Positions 1 to 13,328 are shown, numbered from the stretch's first letter. The stretch is 64,000 bases of DNA from Octopus vulgaris (GCA_951406725.2 OX597821.1:5828001-5892000), one strand, 5' to 3'. The notes: generated by a model not told the origin, from the letters alone. Numbers and translations: made by a program.

Positions 1-98
1 GTATAGAAATTAAATATAAAATATAAATTACAAAGTGGGACAAGAACGCAAAAACACACAAGGAGACGACACAAAAAAAAAACAGACGGGTCACTCGA

Positions 99-165
99 AG
101 CCTCTAATCTTCAGTCGGGAACCGGATCATCTTAGCAATTTCGGCTGTTTAATCTCCATATCGCT
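99..165 (-). ncRNA. Candidate non-circularly permuted hammerhead ribozyme, degraded, inside a repeat remnant at about 1-350
   Basis: Minus strand reads AGCGA-T-A-TGGAGA..CAGCC-GAAA-TTGCT..TCCCGA-CTGAAGA-ttaga-GGCT. Stem III 6 bp, stem II AGCC/GGCT, stem I only 4 of 6 paired. Confidence 0.4.
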
Positions 166-466
166 CCGAACCGGCCAGCCCCAAGGAAAAACTAAGCCAC
201 AGGCATTAGATTTCTTGGAAAGAGGATCGAATGTATACGAAATAAAGACAGGATGCCACACGAATATAAATACAAGAAACAAAAAATAGAAATAAAAAAC
301 AAGAATGGTAAACAGGACAAAAACAGCGGGCGTCTTACGACTTTAGACAATTTTTAACATATCTTGGCTGGCTCGGTTAGCCAGCGAGGTGGCGTCATTC
401 GAAGGCTAAAACAATGCGAACGCATTGTGACCAGCGATGTGTAACAACATCTGATGGTCTGGTTGG

Positions 467-490
467 TCACGTGATCACGTGATCACGTGA
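467..490. repeat. (TCACGTGA)3 perfect 24-bp palindrome (tandem E-box/CLEAR-like sites)
   Basis: Read directly: tcacgtga tcacgtga tcacgtga, immediately before a (TA)n tract. Confidence 0.9.
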
Positions 491-631
491 TAAATATATA
501 TATATATATATATATACTCATACACATTCATATGCACACAGATGTAGACAGGTATATGAGTGTGCTCATATATATGTATATGTGCGCATCAAAATATATA
601 TATGCATGCGCACATACACATATATATATAC

Positions 632-679
<48 letters not shown>

Positions 680-745
680 TTAGTAGCGATGATAGTTGTG
701 TTTTCTCTTTGTTTTCATGTTTGGATTAACCATATATCTATATAA

Positions 746-807
<62 letters not shown>

Positions 808-929
808 GTAAACTTAGTTCTTCACAGAAAGCTTATTATAATTATTATTAGTGAGTCATGTTTCACAATGATGCTCAACAAATGCTAACATAAATTACGA
901 ATCACATGGGGCTACGGTATTAACTCTGT

Positions 930-1300
930 TACAACGAAAGGATAAACGGGAACAGTTAACATATGCTAGATGCGATGGAATGCACGAACCTAACACGACA
1001 GTTACGCCAGATGCTGCGAGCTACTTTCTTTGAAGTCGATAGTGATGATGAAAACTTTCTTATCAGGAGATACACTTTAGGATTTCATATTTGATGAATG
1101 AGGGTAGAAATCCTATGTTTAACATCGAGTCCCATTTTAGAATGAGTTCCAGAGAGATATTGTTCAACCCGGGTGTAATCTTTGATGGCAATCTATCGAT
1201 AGCTTCACTCAGTTTATGATATATTGGCGGAGATGACATCCAAGGTTGTGGAGGAAATAGCTGCATGTTTTGAAGGAATCTTCCAACAACGGTGGAATTC
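930..1300 (-). mobile_element. Decayed LINE reverse transcriptase fragment, RTE-like
   Basis: LSEAIDRLPSKITPGLNNISLELIL resembles AIxxLxxGKAPGxDGIPxELxK; followed by IITI and SRSIWRNCRVRFVHSIASSIC (cf. DCxNYRGISLLSIxGKI). Frameshifted. Confidence 0.6.
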
Positions 1301-1498
1301 CTAAGTACATGTCCATAAATACACGCGTGCGCATACAAACATACGCAGATGCGCACATACTCACATGTATACATATGCAAATGTACACACACAAATATAT
1401 ATAATGTATAAGTGTATTCATACATTTGTAACTATGTAAGTACGGATACACGGTTTGCTCGTAAAATATACATGTATTCGATTCTATGCATATATTGT

Positions 1499-1555
<57 letters not shown>

Positions 1556-1706
1556 TGTGTGTGTGACTTAACGGTGCTAAGTATTCAAATAAATATATCA
1601 CCCAATTGTTAGAAATATATATATATATATATATATGCATACATGCATATATATGCAGGTATGTGTGCATGAGTGCCCATATATATATATATACATATAT
1701 ACATAC

Positions 1707-1762
<56 letters not shown>

Positions 1763-1941
1763 GTATGTATGTATGTATATATATGTGTATATATATGTAT
1801 ATATGTGTATATATATGTATATATGTATATATATATGCGTATATTTATGCATGTATATAAACATACACACATACATAAACTGGTCTGCGGTAAAAGATCA
1901 AAAGTGTCTGTCTGTAAAGGAGACACACGGAGAAGGAGGAA

Positions 1942-1985
<44 letters not shown>

Positions 1986-2231
1986 AAAAAAAAGAAAGAG
2001 TGGAAATCACGGAGAAAGAGCGACAGAAAGAGAAGCGACGCGAACATTCTGTAAACATCAGTTTGAAATTCTGTAGAAGAGTTAAAAAGACAGAATGGAA
2101 TGAAATAAAATAAAATAAAATAAAATAAAAATAATAATGATGATAAATAAAACTGCACAACTCCACAAACTACTATAAAATAATCGAAGCAACTTAAAAG
2201 ACCCGATTAGAGCGGTAACATATCCACAAAT

Positions 2232-2287
2232 ATGTCGACAGCGACACGCAAAAGACATTACAGAAATAGGAAAATGGCGGCGGGGTC
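2232..2287 (+). CDS. Candidate first coding exon A of an unidentified gene (MSTATRKRHYRNRKMAAG + TC, phase 2)
   Basis: In-frame TAG at 2208-2210 upstream; ATG 2232; second ATG in AAAATGGCGGC (YY1-like) context; donor TC|GTATGT at 2288; phase matches exon 63919. Confidence 0.5.
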
Positions 2288-2349
2288 GTATGTTTGTCCC
2301 TTTTTTTTTTAAATGGATTTTTTTCTTTTGTCCTCGCTTTTTACCATGT

Positions 2350-2381
2350 TATTAATATTGTTATTATTATCATTATTATTA

Positions 2382-2458
<77 letters not shown>

Positions 2459-2482
2459 TTATTATTATTATTATCATCATCA

Positions 2483-2543
<61 letters not shown>

Positions 2544-2551
2544 CATTATTA

Positions 2552-2597
<46 letters not shown>

Positions 2598-2611
2598 TCA
2601 TCATTATTATT

Positions 2612-2685
<74 letters not shown>

Positions 2686-2693
2686 CATTATTA

Positions 2694-2786
<93 letters not shown>

Positions 2787-2840
2787 CAGCAGCATCACCA
2801 CCAACATCATTATTTTTACTATTATTATTATTTTATTATT
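2350..2840. repeat. (ATT)n trinucleotide microsatellite with ATC interruptions
   Basis: Read directly; source of the poly-I/L/Y ORFs. Confidence 0.97.
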
Positions 2841-3264
2841 TCTATCGATATTTTTTTGTTTGTTTGCTTTCTTATTTGTAGTTTTTTTTTCTGTTATTGT
2901 TATTTTCTCTACCTTTTAATGCGTAATCTCTGAGAGAGATTTTTTTCAATTTTCTTTAGTTATTTTTTTAACATTTGAGCTTTTTTTTGTCGTTCGTTTT
3001 TGTTTTTGTTTTTTTGTTTTTTTTCTATTACCCATTTTGTGAAAGAGCTGGAGGAAGGGGCAGTTGGAGGTTGGAGGTTGGAGCTTGTAAAAGGGGAGTT
3101 GGGGTTGGAGGTTGGCAGATATGGGAGCGGTGGTATAGAGTTGTAGAGTTTCTGATTTCGTTCTGTGATTGCTTTATGTTGTTTTTGGTGTTGGGTTTAA
3201 TATTCACCCCCTCACAACCCACCCATTCACCCCAATACGCACATCCAAATACATACACACACAC

Positions 3265-3458
<194 letters not shown>

Positions 3459-4088
3459 GCTAAAAAAACAAAAATGTAGAACAAAAAAACGAATGTTTGA
3501 AAAAGGAAAGTGTAATGAAGAGGAGGGGGCGAAGAAGAAAGGGAGGAAACAGAAGGTAAAAGGCGGAGGAAGGGGAGGTGGTTTGTTCTATGAAAAAATG
3601 ACAGATCTATGGAGACGTGATTTATGTCTTCTGTTTCCGACTTTGGTAAGGAACTGATTGTGGTCATGTATATGTGTGTATATATTCATATATATTTGTA
3701 TGTGCTATATATTTATATAAACGTGTATGGGTAGGTATGCGTGTGTATGTATATGGGTGTATATATGTGTGTGCGTGTATAACTATGTAGTGTATTGTTA
3801 TGCATAAGTATATTTTTGTTGCGCATATATATATATATATATATATATGAATGGATGTATATATTTGCGTATATATTCGTGCACACACACACACACGTGT
3901 ATATATATGGGTATGTGTGCGTGTATGTATATATATTCGTAAATATAAATGCATAATACATAGGAGTGTTTATTTTTGTATCCGAGTGGCATATAAAAAG
4001 TGTGTTCACACCCGTAAACATAGAAAGTTATACATGAATATGTAGGTGGGTGTATATATGTCTATATATATATATGTGTGTGTATATG

Positions 4089-4170
<82 letters not shown>

Positions 4171-4735
4171 TATACATGCACACAAAGATGTATGGATATA
4201 TGCAAATATATGTGTATATGTGTGTGTGATTAGATTAGATTGTGTATGCTTGTATGTGCGTCATTGTTCCTATGTATGTGGCGCGGCTGTGTGTGTGCGT
4301 GTGTGTATGTGTGTGTGCTCTTCTAGTATAATTTCGCGCACACAAACATGTAAAGAGACAGAGAAAAATGTCTGTCACGTGAATTATGTATGTACGTACA
4401 TTTTTGAGCGACTGCAGGTGGTGAATATGTGTGTTTTTATCTACATGCATACTACGCATATACATATATATACGTATATATGCTTGCGTGTAGGTATGTG
4501 TATCTATATCTCTGTGTGTATGTGTGTGTATATTTATATCTATCAATCTATATAAATATATATTTACACAAACACACACAAGCACACACACACATATATA
4601 TGTAGAGGCATATCTGTATGACTATATATGTGTGTGTATACACTCACGTATAAATATACATGATTCTTTATGCATCTATATATATATATTTGATATATAA
4701 ATATGCACATATATGTGTGTGTATATGTATATGTA

Positions 4736-4779
<44 letters not shown>

Positions 4780-5051
4780 CACTCATATGTTCATACACAT
4801 ATACATGATATTGTTAATGCATACACACACACATAACTATGTATATATGTATACCAATACGGTACATATATACATATATACATGTAAATATATATACATA
4901 TATATATATATATATACATATATATACATATACTCAAGTGTTCATAAACATATACATAATATTGTTAATGCCTACACACACAATTAACTATGTGTATATG
5001 TGTATCAATACGGTACATATATACATACACAAAATATATACATATATATTC

Positions 5052-5102
<51 letters not shown>

Positions 5103-5133
5103 TATATACATATATATATATATGTTTGTATGC

Positions 5134-5183
<50 letters not shown>

Positions 5184-5777
5184 AAGCGCATTAAAGATGT
5201 GTGTATGTGTGTATGTGTGTATAATATTATGTAGTTGTGTTCGAATGTATACAAATGGACAGTTTTATTGTCATCGACTAAAAAGTATTTCTGTCATATT
5301 TTATGTTGTTTGATATAAACAGCATATTGACTGGGACGCGCAAAAACGTATATGTATGTGTGTGCGCGCATGCGTGGACATGTGTGTACGTGTGGTATTG
5401 TGACTGGCATGATTGTGTGTATATGTGTGAGTGTGTCAGGAGAGTGTGAAAAAGTACAGACGACTAAACAAAGGCAGTAGGTGTGCTAAACTTTTAAAGT
5501 TGATAGACGGATAGGATAGCATAGATAGAGACCAAAACGGTTGCGGTAATATGTGTGTATGTGTGTGTGTGTGCGCGTTTATATGTATGCATTACTGTTT
5601 GGTAAGAAGCTTGCTTTCCCAACCACATGGTTCTGGGTTCAGTCCCACTGCGTTGCACCTTATATGCTGTAGCCTCAGGACGACCAAAGCCTCTGCGAGT
5701 GGATTTGATAGACGAGAACCGAAAGGAGTCCGTCAAATAAATAAATACATATATGTGTATGTATGTGTGTGCATATA

Positions 5778-6085
5778 TCGACGAGACGTGTTCTGTCCTC
5801 ACCTTCGAAACACGCTGGAGTTGAACTAGGGACAGCTGATGAAGGGGATTTTTCCTTGTGTAGTTGTCTTGTACTCTGTTTTTTCGTTGTTAAAAAAATG
5901 GTCCGTTCCATGCTGTTTTTACTTTTTCGTTTCTCGTTGAGTTCTATGTCTAATTGTGGTGTCCTGTACACACGTATATATATTTATATATGCATGTATA
6001 TATACATTTAGATGTAGGTACGTACATATATGTTTGTATGTATGCATATATTTTATTTATTACACTATTGTATGACTGAGCGCCC
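5778..6085 (+). mobile_element. Small non-autonomous element, family P copy 1 (permuted hammerhead plus T-rich tail)
   Basis: Colinear homology with 10335-10620 and with the reverse complement of 10081-10251. Confidence 0.75.
5787..5860 (+). ncRNA. Non-circularly permuted hammerhead ribozyme candidate, copy 1
   Basis: CGTG-T-T(5792)-CTGTCCT .. GAAA(5807)-CACG .. GGGACAG-CTGATGA(5836-5842). Stems I (7 bp) and III pair; core intact; GUU site. Confidence 0.7.
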
Positions 6086-6149
6086 TCGCGTCGATTCGAT
6101 TCGACTCGATTCGTTTCGGTTCGTTTCGTTTCTTCTTCTTCTCTAAGCT

Positions 6150-6285
<136 letters not shown>

Positions 6286-6552
6286 GGACGGGTATATTCA
6301 GCTGTGTGTCATTGTGTCTGTTTGTCCCACGACCACCACCACCGACAACTGATGTTGGTGTGATTACGTCTCCCGGTTTCTTCAGCAAAAGAAACCGATA
6401 ATATAAGTACTAGGCTTACAAATAATAAGTCCTTAGACTAAAAAACTCTTGAAGGTGGTGCTCCAGCATGGCTGTACTCAAATGACTGAAACAAGATAAA
6501 AGAATAAACAAATATATATGTGAGTGAGCGTGTTATGTGTATTAATATTCAT

Positions 6553-7115
6553 AGGCGCAGGCTTGGCTGTGTGGTAGGAAGTTTGCTTTCCAGACGTATG
6601 GTACCGGGTTCAGTTTCACTGCATGGTGCCTTTGGCAAGTACTTTCTGCTTCAGCCCTTGTGAGTAGATTTGGTGGACGAAAACTGTAAGAAGGCCGTCG
6701 CATATGTGAATACAATAAATAAATGCACCCTTTTAAAGCCTTTCCCGGTTTCAATGGCGTATGTGTTCCCCAGTTGGACGGGACGCCAGCCCATCGCAGT
6801 GCCGGCTGAGTGGACTGGAGTAACGTGAAATGAAGTGTTTTGCTCAAGAACACAACGCATCGCCAGGTCCAGGAATCGAAACCACAACCTTACGATCATG
6901 AGTTCAACACCCTAACCACTAAGCCACGCGCCTCCACATATAAACGTGAATGCATATAGAAATATATATGCAGGTATGTATTTGTGTGTGTATGTGTGTC
7001 TTTGTGTTTAGGCTCGTAACCCGCCTCCACTTGACAACCGATGTGGGTTTGTTTATGTTTCTGTAACTTAGCAATAGAATATGTACCAGGCTTAAATAAG
7101 AAGTACTGGCGTCGA
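6553..7115 (+). mobile_element. Bipartite CORE-type SINE, partly deleted, interrupted by another SINE
   Basis: aggcgcaggcttggctgtgtggtagg head; cttgacaaccgatg..aagtactgg tail. Confidence 0.75.
6730..6936 (-). mobile_element. tRNA-derived SINE of a second family, nested
   Basis: Minus strand GGAGGCGCGTGGCTTAGTGG (A box) and GGTTTCGATTCC (B box); partial copy at 25815-25931. Confidence 0.8.
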
Positions 7116-7299
7116 TTTTTTTTTTTTTTTAATCAATTAAAAGGTACAAGAGTCGGGTTCGACAACTGAGAAGTTAGACTTCTTTTGGTATTTAATTCCG
7201 TATTTGTCTCTCGTTATGTGTCTATGTATTTTTTTACTCGTTGTTGATGTCCAGTTCTTATTGTGTATTTTTTTGCTATTTTGTATATTTTTTATTGTT

Positions 7300-7460
7300 T
7301 ACATTATTTACATTCGACAGATATTTGTCCTCATCTTGTTCGTTGTTAACACAATGTTTCGGCTGGTATACCCTCCAGCTTTCATCAGGCGTCTTGAGGA
7401 AATTTCGAACCTGGGTTCTCATTCCTAAGGTATTTTTCTATGTTGTTGTTGTTGTTGTTG

Positions 7461-7501
<41 letters not shown>

Positions 7502-7649
7502 GTTCAGGTCACTGCTTGGAATCGAACTCGGAATCTTTGGGTTAGGCACCAGCGCTCTTAACCACTACACCATATGCTCGTGGGCGTAGTGGCTAACAGT
7601 GCGGGCTACTAACCCCAAGATTCCGAGTTCGATTCCAAGCAGTGACCTA

Positions 7650-7714
<65 letters not shown>

Positions 7715-7723
7715 TAATAACAA
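7300..7723. mobile_element. Head-to-head palindromic tRNA-head/(AAT)n/hammerhead-tail element, locus 1
   Basis: Left arm (-) complete with tail; right arm (+) head 7582-7647 plus (AAT)n; junction CATATGCTC-GT-GGGC; same architecture at 24009-24585. Confidence 0.85.
7348..7393 (-). ncRNA. Minimal type I hammerhead (Penelope-type) in the element tail
   Basis: GACGC-CTGATGA-aa-GCTGG-agggtata-CCAGC-c-GAAA-CATT-GTGTT; CGTT decayed to CATT at a CpG. Confidence 0.7.
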
Positions 7724-7729
7724 TCCGTA

Positions 7730-8008
7730 CTCGGAACCTGAAAGAAGGTTATCGTGTATATGTGTATATTTTTGTTGTTGTGTGTGTGTCTGATTGTCTG
7801 TGTGTCTGTGTTTTTACCCCCACCAACCATTGCTTGACAACCGATGTTGCTGTGTTTACATTCCCATAACTTAGTGATTTGGCAAAAAGAGACTGATGGA
7901 ATAAGTACTAGGCTTACAAAGAATAAATGTTGTGGTGGATTTACTCGACCAGCGACGGTGCTCCAGCATGGCCGCAGTCACATGACTGAAACAAGTAAAA
8001 CAATAAAG
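7730..8008 (+). mobile_element. CORE-type SINE 3' part
   Basis: gcttgacaaccgatg..cggtgctccagcatggccgcagtcacatgactgaaacaagtaaaa. Confidence 0.8.
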
Positions 8009-8391
8009 AAACTATGCCATTTTAATCCCGAGCATGTCGATAAAAATTTTTAAAGTCGATAAAAATTACAAAATATACCAATACTTTTCCATTGTGATAC
8101 AAATAAAATGAATCATGCATCTTCTATATATTTCTTCTCCGTTTTCTTTTATTGACTTTTTAAATTATGCGACTGGTTATACATATTGAGGAACTTCCTA
8201 TCAATATGTTTGGTTAAACCCAGTTGGCATCTGAATTGGTTTAAGCAATCCCTTATGGGGATATTGCTGCCTCAAATTTATATATGTATATATATGCCAT
8301 ATAAAATTAGTGTACATTTAAACACAAAAGAAACGACTCTTAACAGGCAGCCTTACATCCTAGAAGTAGCAGTCAAAACGTCGAAAACCAT

Positions 8392-8820
<429 letters not shown>

Positions 8821-8879
8821 TAATGATATCGACGTTATCGAGTAGAGGGAAAACGGCATCCGCAATGTTTGCTGTCAGT

Positions 8880-9470
8880 ATAAAGGTAAGAATCTGATTG
8901 TTTACAACTTAGATGAATAATTTGAATATGTAACATATTTTACCTACTTGGGCAGTACAATATGTTCGGAAGCTGTGATAGGGCGTTCAATGTTAGAAAT
9001 TGATAAAGCTGGTACAATTTGGTACGATTGTAAACATCAGGAAACTAAGAAACATCAATATAAAACTAGAGTTCCAGTTAACATTTTATTACGTCTGTAA
9101 ATTGGGGTAAAATATGATAACTATATAAATGTGATGAGGAAAGCTTGGATATATTCTATCAAAGGTAACTGTATATTATCCTACATGTAACTTATAGATA
9201 TCGTGTCATCAAGACAGAAGAAACTAATGAAAATGTTAAGGATAAGAAGACGACATGATCGAGTCTGTACAGGGAAAACGTGATGGAAGGATATTGAAAC
9301 GGGCGCTGAAGGAAACCTGTGATTTCGAACAACCAGTGGGAGGGCCGAAGTTGACATGGCAGCATAAATTAATGAGTGATTTATCTGAAATTCGATAGAT
9401 AAGCTTTGTGCGATGTGAAAAAAACAGAATGGTTGTCCACAAACGGGGAGACGGGAGAGGACAAAACGAT
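8880..9470 (+). mobile_element. Decayed LINE fragment, RTE-like RT C-terminus
   Basis: FTYLGSTIC..IDKAG and a later (G)RPKLTW-like motif; many stops. Confidence 0.5.
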
Positions 9471-9646
9471 GTGTGACACAACAATGAAGCAGACTAAGGA
9501 GTAAACAGCTATGTTCTCGAGTATTGTAGAGATGAAAAGATGAGAAAAGGATATATGGGACAGTTTGCTTAGCATAGAAATAATACAATTCTCAGCTTGT
9601 TTGTCTACATGGGCAGTAACGGTTATAGTAGCTCTGAACAAGAAAC

Positions 9647-9681
<35 letters not shown>

Positions 9682-9966
9682 AAAAAACATTGAAATTATA
9701 GAAGTGTGGGTTTCTTTTTTATATACCTTTTTCTTTCTTTTATTTGAATACTAAGAAAGCTTATTTTTGTGGTCGTTGTTAGTTTGTTTATTGGTCTTGT
9801 CGTTGTTGTTGTTTATCTTCGTATCATCCTTGACTGAGCAAAAATGGTTGTCGTTACGTTTCCTTCATGACAACCGATTCATATAGACAGACAGACACAC
9901 AGACAGACAGACAGACACACAGACAGACAGACACACAGACAGACAGACACACAGACAGATAGTTAA

Positions 9967-10058
<92 letters not shown>

Positions 10059-10080
10059 AACTTACTTGGAAAATGATGCG

Positions 10081-10620
10081 TGGCGTTCGATCATATAATA
10101 ATATAAATATATAAATATATGCATATATACATACATATATGCACATACCTACATATATATGCATATATACATGCATATATGGGTACAGAACATCAAAAAA
10201 AACGTTGAACACAATGAGAAACGAAAACATAAAAACAAAAACATAGAAAACCGTCCTGTTCTTGTTACCACTTTCACCCTCCGCAAAAGATCTCAAATTT
10301 TATTTTATTTGCTTTGCAGGAAGGACTGTTTCAACGAAGTCGCGTATTGTCCTTACATTCGGAACGCGAAGTAGATGAAACAGGGACAACTGATGAAAGG
10401 GAATATTCTTTATGTGGCATGTCTCGTTTCTCTGCTTGTTTTTTTTTTTCGTTGTTCGAAAAAAAGTTCGTTTTCTATGTTTTTGTTTTTGTTTTCGTTT
10501 CTCATTGTGTTCAACATTTTTTTTTTATATCCTGTACTCAAATATGCATGTATAAATACATATATATGTAGGTATGTACATATGTGTATGTATGTATATA
10601 TACATATATTTATATATGAT
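10081..10620 (+). mobile_element. Family P copy 2 with about 155-bp inverted arms (10090-10251 / 10470-10620) flanking the ribozyme
   Basis: Arms are reverse complements (aacacaatgagaaacgaaaac vs gttttcgtttctcattgtgtt); homologous to 5778-6085. Confidence 0.8.
10340..10417 (+). ncRNA. Non-circularly permuted hammerhead ribozyme candidate, copy 2
   Basis: TCGCG-T-A(10346)-TTGTCCTT .. GGAA(10361)-CGCGA .. AGGGACAA-CTGATGA(10390-10396). Stem I 8 bp; GAAA mutated to GGAA. Confidence 0.65.
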
Positions 10621-10623
10621 ATA

Positions 10624-10659
<36 letters not shown>

Positions 10660-10811
10660 TTGTTTCTCATTTTGTTTTTTTCTGTGTTCCTTTCTGTAGA
10701 AGAGCGTCGGCTCGAAATGTAAAAGACTTTTTCAATTCCTGAGCGTTAAACTAATACATCTGTTTGTTTTGTATACCACTTGTCTTTGTCTTTTGTTTTT
10801 TCATGAACTCT

Positions 10812-10815
<4 letters not shown>
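10660..10815 (+). mobile_element. Small element, family V, with variant minimal hammerhead at 10690-10725
   Basis: CTTT-CTGTAGA-A-GAGC-gtcg-GCTC-GAAA-TGT-A-AAAG; homologues at 53275-53520 (-) and 25277-25370 (+). Confidence 0.7.
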
Positions 10816-10884
<69 letters not shown>

Positions 10885-10999
10885 GTATATGTATGTATAC
10901 GAGTATCTAAAATTACATCAATCAATAGGCCTTAAAATGTTATTTAAGAAGCAAGGCGTGATTTGAGATCCGGCTGCTTTTACTAACTAGCTAGCTAGC

Positions 11000-11109
<110 letters not shown>

Positions 11110-11634
11110 TGGTGAGAGAGACTATGTAATTGACTAAGTTACCGACTAACGTATTATGTACAAATCATCAAACTATTAAAGCAGTATCCTGATAATCTAC
11201 TGCTGTATACAGAGATTTAGATAAGATGATCTCTGAATAAACGAAGTATAAAAGTAAAAGTGCGTCTTTCCTTAAGGGGTGAGAATCACCTCCGAGACAT
11301 AATTCTAAAAATATTTTCAATTATTTTTACTGTTTATTTAAAGTAACAAGAATATGTTTTCACATCGTCTGCAATTTTCAAAGTTAAGGTTTTTAAATAA
11401 AAGTTTACATTATACACGTTCCGGGTATTCTGAATTGAGCTGTTTTATATAAATATAGTTGTTTGTCAAACAACAGAAAAGAATAAGGTGCGAACTAGCA
11501 AAGTTATTGCAAAGCCCCGTAGTATTTCTTCCGTCTCTCTATGTCCTGTGTTCAAATTTCTCCGAAATCAACTTTACTTTTCACTCTTTATGGGTGAAAA
11601 GTACAAACACAAACATAGACACACATACAAACAT

Positions 11635-11707
<73 letters not shown>

Positions 11708-11709
<2 letters not shown>

Positions 11710-11902
11710 CCTGTCGTATATATGTGTGTGTGTATACGATAGGATTCCGTACAGTTTTCATTTAACAAATTCACTCACAACACATTGGTCAACCCGGAGC
11801 AATAGTAAAACACATTTGCTCAATGTGTCATACAGTGGAACTGAACCTGAATCCATCTGGCTACAAAGCTAAATTTTTAACTACACAGCCATGCCTACGC
11901 CT
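11708..11902 (-). mobile_element. CORE-type SINE head, degraded
   Basis: Reverse complement begins aggcgtaggcatggctgtgtag. Confidence 0.65.
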
Positions 11903-12772
11903 TCACAACCATCTTTGCACCAGCAATGGAGTGTCACGGGGAATAGTTATTTTTATTTTCAACATAAACTTATAAATAGATCTTGGGAACTTTATGCTTA
12001 CCTTGTTTAATAAATACTGGAATTATTCACAATAAACGATGGAAAATTTGTTTTTCACAGTATTTTTTTCAATATTCTGAAATCGTACTAGAAAGAAATA
12101 AGATTCACCTTTTTTTTTAAATATTTTTTTAAAACGTTGCCATTTCATAGCATTAAAAATTCATAATGAAAATGTAATTCATTCACTCACCTTACCCACA
12201 CTCACACAAAAATAAAGAAATAACTATCTTTCACCATTGATGGCCAAAAATCCTAAAGTGACAGAAAAGATTAAAACAGGAAGATTAAAACGTCCGATGT
12301 TGCATTCTTTATCAAAGGTATTTTTTAAATTACATTTTTAACTTCAAGGGTAGAATTTGTTATAATTTTTTCTGTATAGAATCATTTATTTCGTTTATAA
12401 TACCAAGCTTGACATTAATAGCTGGCTATGGTTGTTTTTGCAACATTTTATTAGTGTTTACTCAGTTTTTTTTTTATTATTTTACGTAATGAAGGTAAGA
12501 ATAGAAACGCTATCCCTTTTCCTTTCTAATAAACATTGAAAACAAAATTAATGACATAGTTGCTAAGATATTTGCATAAAATATTTATCAAATGTGAGTC
12601 GATTCAAGCTATAACGCCATTTTTCTTTATCTTAATAATGTTTAGAAGCGCCATTTTAGCTAAAATCTTACGACATAATAGATACTGATTTATCTCCCTT
12701 TGAAGATAATATGCATAAATGTGTCCATGCACGCATATATATATATATGTTTATATATATATATATATATGT

Positions 12773-12879
<107 letters not shown>

Positions 12880-12880
12880 C

Positions 12881-12913
<33 letters not shown>

Positions 12914-12929
12914 CATATATGAAACTATA

Positions 12930-12966
<37 letters not shown>

Positions 12967-13328
12967 ATATATATACATATACATACATATATATAAATAT
13001 ACATACATAAATATAAATATACAAACATCTGCATATAGATATACACACAAACATATACACACACATGCAAAGATACGAACATATATATATATACGCACAC
13101 ACACTCATACATAATCATAGTCAGTTTTTCTCCCTATCATTTTGCTTCAGACCACCCCTTTTCTCTATATCTTCCTTTTACTTTATCTCTTTCTCACTCT
13201 CTCTCTCTCTCTCTCGTTCTCTTTCACTCAGTATCTCTATCTTCCTTTCCTTCTTTATGCCTCCCCCCCACTACTATTCCATATGCACTCTCAAAGAGAC
13301 GCAAAACGAACAGCTACGGATTTGCTGT

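Noticed and set aside
3624-3645. Further ATG-plus-donor candidates (also 23026-23074 and 51732-51781)
   Set aside because: Phases could be fitted to the model, but such matches arise easily by chance and donors or start contexts are weak or ambiguous.
7582-7647. tRNA gene
   Set aside because: Acceptor and T stems pair poorly and it runs into (AAT)n; it is a SINE-type head.
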